A DNA stretch of 64,000 nucleotides, taken from NCBI RefSeq assembly GCF_009914755.1, contig NC_060925.1, one strand, 5' to 3'. This stretch comes from the human T2T-CHM13v2.0 reference genome, Homo sapiens. Each line of letters opens with the position of its first letter. Within the stretch, counting starts at the first letter, position 1. Under the pieces are notes generated by a model, which saw nothing but the letters and a program-made list of their open reading frames with translations, was not told the origin of the DNA and did not search any database. Of the stretch, positions 45,999 to 64,000 are shown piece after piece. The position numbers were made by a program, and so were the translations under genes.

Positions 45999-46886
45999 TT
46001 ACATCCATTAGTATGGCTATCAAGAAACAAAAAATAACAAGTGTTAGTGAGGATGTGGAGAAATTTGAACCCTCCTTCACTGTTAGTGGTTTTGTAAAAT
46101 GGTGCATCTGCTATGGGAAACAGATGGAAGTTCCTTAAAAAATTAAAAATAGAATGATCCAGCAATTGCACTACTGGGTATATATTCAAAAAGATTGAGG
46201 GAGAGGTCTTGAAGAGATATTTACACACCCATGTTTATAGCAGCACTCTACACTATTCCAGGAAGTGGAAGCAACCCAAATGTTCATTGATGTTGAGCAG
46301 AGGAACAAAATGTGGTACACACACACACACACACACACAGAAATATTATTCAGCTTTAAAAAGGAAGACAATCTTACCACATGCTACAACATGGATGAAC
46401 CTTGAGGACATCATACTAAGTGAAATAAGCCAGTAACAAAAACACAAATACTGTATGATTCCACTTATATATCTAAAGTAGTCAAATTTATAGAAACAGT
46501 AGAATGGTGGCTACCAGGGGCCGGGAAAAGGGTGAAAAAGTGAGTTGTTGTTTAATGGGCACAGAGTTTCCGAATTGCAAGATGAAAAAGTTTTGCAGAT
46601 CTGTTTTTCTGTTTTACAACAATGTAAAAAAACCAACAGAACAGTACTGAATTGTAAAGTTAAAAAATGGTTACACTGGTAGATTTAATGTTTTATATAT
46701 ATAATATATAATAATATATATAAACATGGTGAAATCCTATCTCTACTAAAAAAATACAAATATATATATATATAATATATATAAATTTTACCACAATAAA
46801 AAAGAAAAAAATCAATTGACCATATATGTGAGGGTCTAATTCTCATCTCTCAAAAAGAAGACTTTGTTAAAAACAGTGTATACATG

Positions 46887-47530
46887 GCCGGGAGTGGTGG
46901 CTCACGCCTGTAATCCCAGCACTTTGGGAGGCTGAGGCGGGCAGATCACCTGAAGTCAGGAGTTGGAGACCAGCCAGGCCAACATGGTGAAACCCCGTCT
47001 CTACTAAAAAAATACAAAAATTAGCCAGGCATGGTGGCAGGCGCCTGTAGTCCCAGCTACTCGGGAGGCTGACGCAGGAGAATTGCTTGAAGCTGGGAGG
47101 TAGAGGTTGCAGTAAGCGGAGAGGAGAGAGCACCATTGCACTCCAGCCTGGGGGACAAGAGCGAGACTCTGTCTCAAAACAAAAACAAAAACAAAACAGT
47201 GTATACATTAAACGTAGAAAGACATCTAGAATACTGACAGTAACTTGTAATTTATTGCCAATATTCTGGATCTTACATAGGATGGCAGATGTTTATTAAT
47301 TAAATAAATAATAAGAGGGTCAATGATGACAATGAGTTACAAAATAAGGGTTACGTTTAGTTCAAAATCTGTGTGATTGAAGTCCATTAAAAGACTTTTA
47401 AAAAGAGGACTGGGCACAGTGGCTCACACCTGTAATTCCAGCACTTTGGGAGGGTGAGGTGGGAGAATCACTTGAGGTCAGGAGTTGAAGACCAGCCTGG
47501 GCAACATAGAAAGACCCTGTCAAGAAAAGA
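46887..47530 (+). mobile_element. AluS (46887-47195) and FLAM (47408-47530)
   Basis: Alu consensus, TSD AAAACAGTGTATACAT. Confidence 0.88.
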
Positions 47531-48140
47531 ATAGAAAAGAAGCATAGAAAGAAAAGAAAAGAAAGCAAGGAAATGGAAAAACATATAGGTGGTTATACAC
47601 TGAAGTGTTAACTGTAGTTATCTCTAACTGGAGCCTTAAGATGATTGTATCTCTTTATTATATTTTAAATCAGATTTTCTAATTTGTCTTCAATTGTATA
47701 TTATATAATGAGGAAAAAATGAAAGTCAATATCATAAAATTTAAGATTAAAAAATACTCAACAATAACAACAGGAAAGCCTTACTCTCTTAAATAAACAA
47801 AAGACTTGCTGGCCAATTATGGTCCTTTGTAGTGCATTACACTGAGTCCATGTAGAATACAGCCAAAACATTTCTATGAACAATGGATAAATTATATTAG
47901 GTTTGACTCATTTCACCTATGCCAGGCCACTTTTGCACAATACTTAGAGAAAATGCCAAGTTGTTTCTCAAATATTTTCAAAAGGAAGGAAGCAGTTCCC
48001 CCAACTACTAGGAAATAAGTATTAAGCCATTTGGCAAATCTTTTTCTTGGTTGTAAGGTGTTATTTATATATAGAGGTATTTGAATGTACCTACTTTTTT
48101 AGGGAAAGAAGAATTTCTAACTGTTATTACCTTATTTTAA

Positions 48141-48498
<358 letters not shown>

Positions 48499-48713
48499 AA
48501 AATTTCCAAATTTTGAATAACCAAGCTGAAAGCTTATTTTAAAACACTGAAATTGCTCTGACACTTGTCTGTATTATCTCGAATTCCCTAGTATTTTCCC
48601 GAGCATTATATTTCCATGTCATTGCTTGCATCAATGGCTGTCCTTCTTTCCAGATTGTAAGCTCAGTAAGAGTACAGATGATATTCTTCTTACTGGCAAA
48701 TAATAGGAAATTA

Positions 48714-49096
<383 letters not shown>

Positions 49097-49299
49097 TTAA
49101 TGGATAGAGATCTCATTAAAGCTAGGAAATAAAGGGTAGGAGTCTTACATTTAAGACTGGAGGTTTAGAGTGAAATGTTTAAGTTTGCATTTGACACTAA
49201 TCAGTTCCAGTAAATGAAATGCCAATCTAAGGATATACTACTAAAAGTTCCTATCAGATGCAAGAATGTCAAGAAAAGTGGCAGATAAGCTACAATGTT

Positions 49300-49760
49300 A
49301 TAATCATAAAAATTCAGAGCTGGGAAGGATCTTAAAACATTGAAAAGTCAAATCCTTCATTTTGTAGATGAATAAATTGAAGGCAATATAATTTAAATAA
49401 CTTATGAGATCACACAGTTGTTGGCAGAACTAGACCCTGAGCCAGGTCTCCCAACTTGCTGGTCAAGTTCTCTTTCCTCTAGACTAAAAAAAAAAGATTG
49501 GCTATTACTTACATCCATACAAAGAGGATCAGCATATTCTTTGAACATGTTGGTCCAGATTGCTTCCTCAGCCACAAAGACCAACAAAAATTTAGGATTA
49601 TGAAGGGCATTTTAACACAAAAGGAAATAAGAGCCACATCTGGAACACTGTATATAGTTCTGTGTCCTTACCTGAGGAAAGATGCACTATAGCTAGAGGA
49701 GGGCTACAGGAGGAAAAGAAACTGATCTGAGAGTTGGAAGGATCCAGAATAGAATGAAAG
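49300..49760. mobile_element. MIR (-, 49300-49475) and L3/CR1-like fragment (+, ~49620-49760)
   Basis: Degenerate MIR; CACATCTGGAACACTGTATATAGTTCTG resembles CR1. Confidence 0.45.
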
Positions 49761-50696
49761 CATTCTGCTGTTTCAGTCAGAGATGTTCAAAGAAAATGCA
49801 GTTGTTGGGTCTGCACCCAAACCTTTTGAAGTTGTCACCTAGAAGAACATCAGACCCTTCCACAAAATAGCCCTGGATGCCATTGTCAGATGTCCTACCA
49901 TGAACCCATGACTCTTATAACTCACATGGCCTTATTTACAAATATCTTTGTCTTAACATTACAAACTACTGTGTCCGCAGAAGTACCACTAAAAGAGAGG
50001 GGGAAATGAAGTTGTTTTCACTGGTGACCATTAATGGTGCTGCAGGTGTCAACAGGATGACAATCGTCTGGAGACACTCTGTGTTGATCATTTCATTCCA
50101 AATCTTGGATTGGTAAGATGAGACACATCTCCCCCTCAATCATAACTATCAACTAATGATGCCTTTTATTCATTTTCTCCTTTTGGCATACATGACAGTT
50201 TTATGCCTATGAATATTTTCCTGTTTAAGTATATCTTGATTTATAATAGCAATAGGGGAAACTTTTTCTTATAGTAGTGTTAGAGTATTCAAAGGATGTT
50301 TTGTGCATGCCAAAATAAAAAAATGAATTATGCCCTTGTTTCACATCTTTATTACATCCTAGCTCTTATTTGAAGTTATCAGATTTCAATCTTCAGCTTT
50401 CTTTTCCCTAGGTTTATTTCTTCTTTAATCTTCTCTTTTGTGTTTAGCTTTTTATATTCTTTTTCCAAAATTTTTTACATGCTAATATTTATTTTCACAT
50501 TTATCTGCAAGCTTAAATGTTTTTACATGATTAATATGTACACTTTTTGTTAGATAGTGAAAACTGACTCAACTCTTCTAGTAGTGAGCAGTTATTCTAA
50601 AACAACTCTGCAAATATGAAATGTTAAAAGCTAAGCTAACACTAACCTGCTCATAATGATGATCTCTAAGGGAGGGTATTAAAGGGAACTTTCTCA

Positions 50697-55500
<4,804 letters not shown>

Positions 55501-56651
55501 AAGCAAGATTCAATTATATACTGTCCACCAAAAGACATACTTTAGAGTTGTAGGCATAAATAGGTTAAAATTAAAAGACAGAAAATAATATACTATGCAC
55601 ACAGTAATCATAAGAGACCTGCAGTGGCTATTTTAATATCAGACAAAACAAGGCTTTAGGTCATATTAGAGACAAATAAGGACATTTCATTGTTAGAGAC
55701 AAATAGAGACATTTCATAATGAAAAAGGATCAACATATAAAAATAACAATTATAAATATATATGTACCTAACAAGCCCCAAAATACATGAAGCAAAAAAC
55801 CTGACATAATTCAAAAGAAAAACAGACAATCCACTTCACCCTCAGTATCTGGTGGCCAGGAGACGTGCCTCAAAGACCTTCACTTACAAGGAACAACATA
55901 ACTGACCAAGACCCCAACTTGTGTACTCTGAGATCAACTGCTTCATTTGCTTCCTGGCCATGCTTCCCCTAGGCTACTATCAGCCAATGACTGCATGTAG
56001 CTGGAATGCTAAGGCAGCCTCATTCCCGGGAGATATGGGGCTCTTCAGATTATCAAGAACTTTGACTCGAGGACAACAGCTTTGCTGAAACTTTCTTATT
56101 CTGCATAGTAGTCTAGGGTGCTTCTACCCAACCTTGCTTCTCTCTCTCCTTCATTCAGATTTAGGCTTGTATTGTAGTCTGATGACTTCTCCAGTTCCTT
56201 CTCCAATTTTTCTCATGGTCATCTCCCCTAATAAAATCTTTGTATACTTAATGCCGTCTTGGTGTCTGCTTCTTAAAAGGTCCAGACTAACACAAATGGT
56301 TCCAGGAGTGATCTAAGAAAATAGGCAGTAAGATGGGGACTTGGCTCACTTAGGACTAGCTCACCTACTGCCCAGCAAATGAAAAGGATGCTGTTGTGGT
56401 TGTGAAGTGGGGCATGGCACAAGGTGGAGGCTCGGAGGCTGAAGATGTCACTAGTGGTAATGTGGGAAAATGCATCCCTAGAGGGGAATGCTGATGGAAG
56501 AGAATGCTGTAGCAGGTGCAATATCTCAAGCCTTTCAAAAATATGGAGAAACAATGCTTTCAAGGACAGTAGAGCTGGAGTTGGCTGGTTGCTGCTAAGT
56601 CATAGTGATACAACTACATAAGGATAATGAGAGACTGAGGACACTTAATAA

Positions 56652-56962
56652 TCAGCCAACATAGTGGCTCACCCCTGTAATCCCAGCACTTTGGGAGGCT
56701 GAAGCAGGCAGATCACTTGAGATCAGGAGTTTGAGACCAGCCTGGCCAACATGGTGAAACCCTGTCTCTACTGAAAGCACACACACAAAAAATTAGCCAG
56801 GCATCATGGCACGTGCCTATAATCCCAGCTACTCAGAAGGCTGAGGCAGGAGAATGTCTTGAACCCAGGATGTGGAGAATGCAGTAAGCTGAGATCATGC
56901 TATTGCACTCCAGCCTGGGAGACACAGGGAGACTCCATCTCAAACAAACAAACAAACAAACA
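56652..56962 (+). mobile_element. AluS
   Basis: Dimeric Alu. Confidence 0.85.
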
Positions 56963-57557
56963 ACCAATCAGTTAATGGTTAAGTGTGAGATTCAGAACCC
57001 GTGTGGTAGCTTACAAAGAGGCCCTTATCTCTTCTAGTAGAAGAACAGGCACATTTGAGCAGCAGGCTGAAGACTTAATATGTAGAGTCTTAGAGCTCCA
57101 TAGTTTTTGCATTGCTCAGTCAAAGCAGTAGTGAAGATCAGGGCTCGGGGATAAAAACCTGAGATCCTAAGATGTGGCTGAGAAGGCTTTGAAGAGTCTG
57201 GCCTCTGCAACCACTGTGCCCCTGGACCCTCTGGGTTTACAGAGGTACCTTATCTTTCTTAATAAGAGCTAGCGCTTTGGCTGTGCTGGAAATAGGTGCC
57301 CTCCTCTGATGCTGCCCTTACCCCCACCTCCTCTCCTGGCTACTAGGCTGATAACTGGGGCTGTGCTGGGCCTGATAAAGGAGAAAAGAGACTATGTACT
57401 TAAAAAAATGGCAAGGGCTGGGTGTGGTGGCTCAAGCCTGTAATCCTAGCACTTTAGGAGATCGAGGCGGGCGGATAACAAGGTCAGGAGATCGAGACGA
57501 TCCTGGCTAACACAGTGAAACCCCGTCTGTACTAAAAATACAAAAAATTAGCCAGGC

Positions 57558-58082
<525 letters not shown>

Positions 58083-58994
58083 TTAATCAAGGATGTCAGA
58101 ATGGAAGACTGGATAAGCAAGAATTCACTGATGTGGGGGTACTTTCTCAGGACAAAAGATTTAATATTCTACTAGGAACTCCAGGAGATGGGACAAAGTT
58201 GCTGCAAGGATTTAAGAAGCCTGGAAAAAATAATGGCCAAATCTCAGAGAAGTGGAAATAGCTGCCTTGCCCTGACAAACTGCAGAGGAAGGTGGGCATG
58301 CCAAAACTGATATGTAAGGCAAGAAGACCAGCTAGATAATTATGTTCCATTGGAAGGCCTAGAGGACACACTGCTAAAGCCATCAGGAATGAGCTGAAAG
58401 AGAGGTACCACTGATCCTAAGAAATTTGGTGGTGGCTCTCCTCTGCAGGCCAGGGCTAATCTAAGAGAAGAGGTCACAGTGTTGGGTTTATTAACACCCA
58501 TTGAAATGATGGTGCCCCAAAGTAGTAGAAGTATGTGTCTTAAGGAATGGAATGGCAAAATAAGACTTTTTGTTGTTGTTGATTATGATAATTTCATTAA
58601 GTCAGGTAATTTGTTACACATTCCAAAAGTTGAATTAAAAATGAAATCTGGAGAGAAAAATAGGAATAATCTCTACAGGAGGTGTTTAACTTTTGACTAG
58701 AGCTGATTAACTTTTTTATTATTTATTTAAAAATAAGGGGTTCTTTCATCCTATTGTATTCTTATTATAATTTAATGTCATATTGAATTTATATTTTCTT
58801 GTATTCGACTTTATAAACTTCCAGCCTGGGACTAGGAAAAATGCTGCTGAATGATGTCCTAGAGCTTTTATTTAGAAGTTAATCAAGATGATTATGTTCT
58901 CTTGGCTAACATTGGTTAATAGCTTAACATTTAAAATGCTATATCCCTTTAAAAATTTTTTATCCCTTTAACCTCTTTTCTATCTTAAGATACA

Positions 58995-59106
58995 AAATAT
59001 ATATGTGTATATTTACAGATATAGATACACACCTATATACACATTTACATGTATACAAAATATGTATGTATGCGTGTGTGTGTATATATATAGCACATTT
59101 GGGAGG

Positions 59107-59144
<38 letters not shown>

Positions 59145-59150
59145 ACACAG
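58995..59150. repeat. TA/CA-rich tract with (CA)n
   Basis: (CA)n at 59110-59149. Confidence 0.9.
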
Positions 59151-59156
59151 TACATA

Positions 59157-59414
59157 GGCCAGGCATGGTGGCTCACACCTGTGATCCCAGAGCTTTGGGA
59201 GGATCACTTGAGGCCAGGAGTTCAAAACCAGCCTGGGCAACATAGTGAAACCCTGTCTGTACAAAAAAAAAAAAAAAATTACCAAGCATGGTGGTGCATG
59301 CCTGTAGTCCTAGCTACTCAGGAGTCTGAGGCAGGAGGATTGCTTGGGGCCAGGAGTTTGAGGTTACCGTGAGCTATGATCACACCACTACACTTCAGTC
59401 TGGGTGACAGAGCG
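59157..59414 (+). mobile_element. AluJ lacking its 3' end and tail, fused to the RPL26 pseudogene
   Basis: Ends GGGTGACAGAGC and runs directly into GGCCAAAATG. Confidence 0.88.
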
Positions 59415-59420
59415 GCCAAA

Positions 59421-59858
59421 ATGAAGTTCAATCCCTTTGTGACTTCCAACCAAATCAAAAATAGCAAAAGGCATTTCAATGCACCTTCCCACATTCACAG
59501 GAAGATTATGTCTTCCCCTGTTTCCAAAGAGCTGAGACAGAAGTACAATGTGCAATCCATGCCCATCCGAAAGGATGATGAAGTTCAGGTTGTACGAGGG
59601 CACTATAAAGGTCAGCAAATTGGTAAAGTAGTCCAGGTTTACAGGAAGAAATATGTCATCTACATTGAATGGGTGCAGCGGGAAAAGACTAATGGCACAA
59701 CTGTCCACACAGGCATTCACCCCAGAAAGGTGGCTATCACTAGGCTAAAACTGGACAAAGACAGCAAAAAGATCCTTGAATGGAAAGCCAAATCTCGCCA
59801 AGTAGGAAAGGAAAAGGGCAAATACTAGGAAGAAACAATTGAGAAGATGCAAAAATAA
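59421..59858 (+). pseudogene. RPL26P12: Processed pseudogene of ribosomal protein L26 (uL24)
   Basis: Intronless [32 protein letters not shown]...GKY with a premature TAG at 59826-59828; native stop position at 59856-59858; 3'UTR with ATTAAA and an A-rich tail to ~59915. The pseudogene number is recalled and less certain than the RPL26 identity. Confidence 0.93.
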
Positions 59859-59920
59859 AGTAATCTTATGTACAAGCTTTGATTAAAACTTGAAACAAAC
59901 AACAAAAAAGAAAAGATACA

Positions 59921-60219
<299 letters not shown>

Positions 60220-60950
60220 GTATATATATATAAAATATATATATAATACATATAAAATATATATAATATATATGCTATATATTATATATAGTATATATAG
60301 TGTATATATCTCTACATTATATACATATCTACATTATATATAATATACATAGTATATATAGTATATATATAGTATATATAGTACTATATAGTATACATAT
60401 AGTATATATAGTATATATAGTATACTATATATACTAAATATACTATATATATACTATAGTATAGTATATATATAGTATACTATATATATACTATAGTATA
60501 GTATATATATAGTATACTATATATATACTATATATACTATACTATAGTATATACTATACATACTATACATACTATACATACTATATATACTATACATACT
60601 ATACATACTATACATACTATACATACTATATACTATATATACTATAGTATATATAGTATGTATACATATATAGTCTGAGGCAGGAGGATTGCTTGGGGCC
60701 AGGAGTTTGAGGTTACCGTAAGCTATGATCACACCACTACACTTCAGTCTGGGTGACAGAGCAGCCAAAAAAAGTATATATTATATATACTATATATATA
60801 TATATATATACTCTATATATAGTATGTATATTATATATATACTATATATAGTATGTATATTATATATATACTATATATAGTATGTATATTATATATAATG
60901 TGTATATATATAATGTAGATATATACATAGATGTAGATACAGATACACAC
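60220..60950. repeat. Complex TA-rich microsatellite (TATAG / TACTA / TACTATACA units)
   Basis: Visible low-complexity tract with quasi-palindromic structure. Confidence 0.95.
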
Positions 60951-62764
60951 ATAATTTTTAAATCTTATTTTTCTAGTTCTGATGACCTAACCAGCTGAAG
61001 ATCTTGCAAACTCTCTCAGGAGAGGTACCCAAGGATCAAACCAGTCTCCTCCACCACCCTGAAAGGAGAACTTGCTTAACTGACTTTCTCTCTTCAGTTC
61101 AAGGCCTTTCCAGTTACACCAGGGTTTCTTAATCAAGGATCTTTGGAGTTCTTCATGAATGGGTTTCTTGAGCTGTCTGAACCCTTTTGAGTTATCCTCA
61201 ACATTCTATTTGTGTGTGTGCATACACAGTGTTTTCCTGGGGAGTCTGTTGCTTTTGTTTGTTTCTCAGCGTCTCTGACTAAAAATATTTCTGAAACACT
61301 AGCATTCATCACTTGAAGCCTTAGGCCTCCTTGCCTAAGAACAGCTATAATTTCATTCTGAAGGAAAACCAAACTAATCTTCTCTCCTAATGACCTGGGG
61401 AGAGTTCACTTCAAGACACCAAAGTAACTTTTAGTAACATACCATGAATACTGAGCAAAAACTAATCTATCTAACCTCATTTGGCTTCCAACATCACTTG
61501 GCACCTCAGCCCATCATCTTGAGGAAAGTCAAACCTGCCATCCTTGGCCACCAGTTCAAATACAAGCCACTAGACTAAATGTAACTACTTCTCTGACATT
61601 GATGCCATCAGCAGTACCATCCTCTGCTTCTCCTCTTGACAATCACCAGAGCTCTGAGACGAGGGTGAGGCAAAGTGGGTGCCTAGGGTATGAAGGAGCT
61701 GCTCCTTTCCCACCCTGCACTTGCGTTTGCTCAACCCAAGAGTCAGTGCCTCCTCACTTTTTGCACTCAAGGCACATCCCTTGTCTCACCCTAATCCCAG
61801 CTCTATATCACCAACTATAATGCATCCATTATGACCTGATGGAAAGAGCGTCAGCCACAGGAGGAGGGAAGGGGTAGTAGTAGATTATCTGCAGAGACAG
61901 TAACCTAAGAACTAATTAGGGAAAATGAAAGAAGTCATTGCATAAAAGTGGGATAGCAACGATTAAGACTGGTGACAGGAAAAGAAGTAAAGGATCAGAT
62001 ATGGGTCTAGGTAAACAGGATGAAGCCAAACAGCTTAGAACATGGTGAATAAAACACGGATTCTGGGGCCTGCTCTTAACAGGTGCTGGTAGCTGGCTGG
62101 GCAAGACAATAGAACTCTTGACTTTATCTCAGCCTATTTTCAAAGAATCACATTAGAAAGTGTCCTGGTATGGGGAAGGGAGAGAAAAATCAGAAAATCT
62201 CTATAACATACAGAAATCTGTATATTAATTTTTTCAATTCTGTGAAGGCTTCTTCTTACGAGATTTCTGAAGTTGGGCCAACTAAAATTTAAGGACCCTT
62301 GAATGACTATTATCTTTGCTGAGAGAGGGTGTATGTCAAATTCAACAAAATTAATAACCTACATTTGTGTAATGTCTTACAGGTTATGACGTTCTCTGAT
62401 GCCGTCTTTTTAAATCTCAGTCATTTCTCTTTGCTTTTGCCCATTTCTGTTCCCATTTCCTAAAACTCTTTCTTCTAGCCTTCTGGTTGACACCAATTTT
62501 TTTAAAACAGCTGTATTAAGATATAATTCACATACCATGAAATTCACCAATTTAAATTGTACAATTCAATGGCTTTTAGTATATTCAAAGTTGTGCAACC
62601 ATCACGACAATTTTAAAACATTTCCTTCACCCCGAAAGAAATCCTGGACCCATTAGCAGTCTCTCTCCATTTCCCACACTAACCTCCCTAGCCATAGGCA
62701 ACCACAAATCTACATCGGACAGGGCCCATTCTGGACATTAATTTTTAATTTTTATTTGAAAGTG

Positions 62765-63627
<863 letters not shown>

Positions 63628-63703
63628 TTATAAAGTTAGTAACAAAGTAAGATTATAAATCTTTGTTTTCTGACTAGAGCTTATTCATCTTCTTTGCACG
63701 AGA

Positions 63704-63870
63704 ACAGTGGTTCTCGAACTTTGGTGGGCATGAGAATCACCTGGAAGCCTTATAAAACACAGACTGTGGAGCTCCACACACAGAGTTTCTGATTTACTAG
63801 TTCTGGGGTGGTGCTTAAGCATTTGCATTCCCAGATGCTGCTGCTGCCAGTCTGAGACTGCACTATGTTG
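63704..63870 (+). mobile_element. MER5A hAT-Charlie DNA transposon
   Basis: CAGTGGTTCTC...GAATCACCTGG...TTTGCATT motifs. Confidence 0.75.
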
Positions 63871-64000
63871 TGCTGCCTAACAGTACCTGAGAATGTAATT
63901 GATTAAGGTCACAGAGCTGGATGTGACTGATTAAGGTCAGAGAGCTTTAACGTCATCCAGCCATCTTTTCAGAACAGTACTTATGATCTGACAAAGCAAC

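Noticed and set aside
49990-50120. Unique-looking sequence ending in a donor-like TTG|GTAAGA
   Set aside because: No ORF or homology I can recognise; insufficient evidence for an exon.
59376-59420. Alu-derived N-terminal extension of the RPL26 ORF
   Set aside because: Chance in-frame ATG in the Alu; no promoter evidence.
60517-60768. ORF with YSM repeats; array superficially like repeat-spacer structure
   Set aside because: Translation of a microsatellite; no spacers or cas genes, and this is human DNA.

Overview
Human (primate) genomic DNA, very rich in repeats. The only protein-coding content is the 5' end of TMCO1 on the minus strand: exon 1 coding part 8763-8832 (upstream in-frame ATG at 8985) and exon 2 at 8273-8350, with intron 2 running off the left edge. 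It sits in a CpG-island promoter with tandem ETS/GABP and TCTCGCGAGA motifs that probably also drives a divergent lncRNA. The remaining ~55 kb is intergenic: about 55 Alus (including young AluYa5 and AluYb8 copies), a full-length inactive L1PA3/4, an internally deleted L1PA7-like element with a 647-aa RT-only ORF, several solo LTRs (MER4A-, THE1-, MER57-, LTR16-like), an ERVL remnant, a nearly intact RPL26 processed pseudogene fused to an Alu, and a ~55-bp retrocopy resembling the EIF1 3'UTR. I do not see a convincing wholly new biological system. The most unusual signals are two short locally templated insertions inside TA-rich microsatellites, the L1 promoter joined to an RT ORF that lacks the endonuclease, and an in-phase alternative TMCO1 first exon. 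Repeat subfamily names come from recalled consensus sequences, and most repeat boundaries are approximate.
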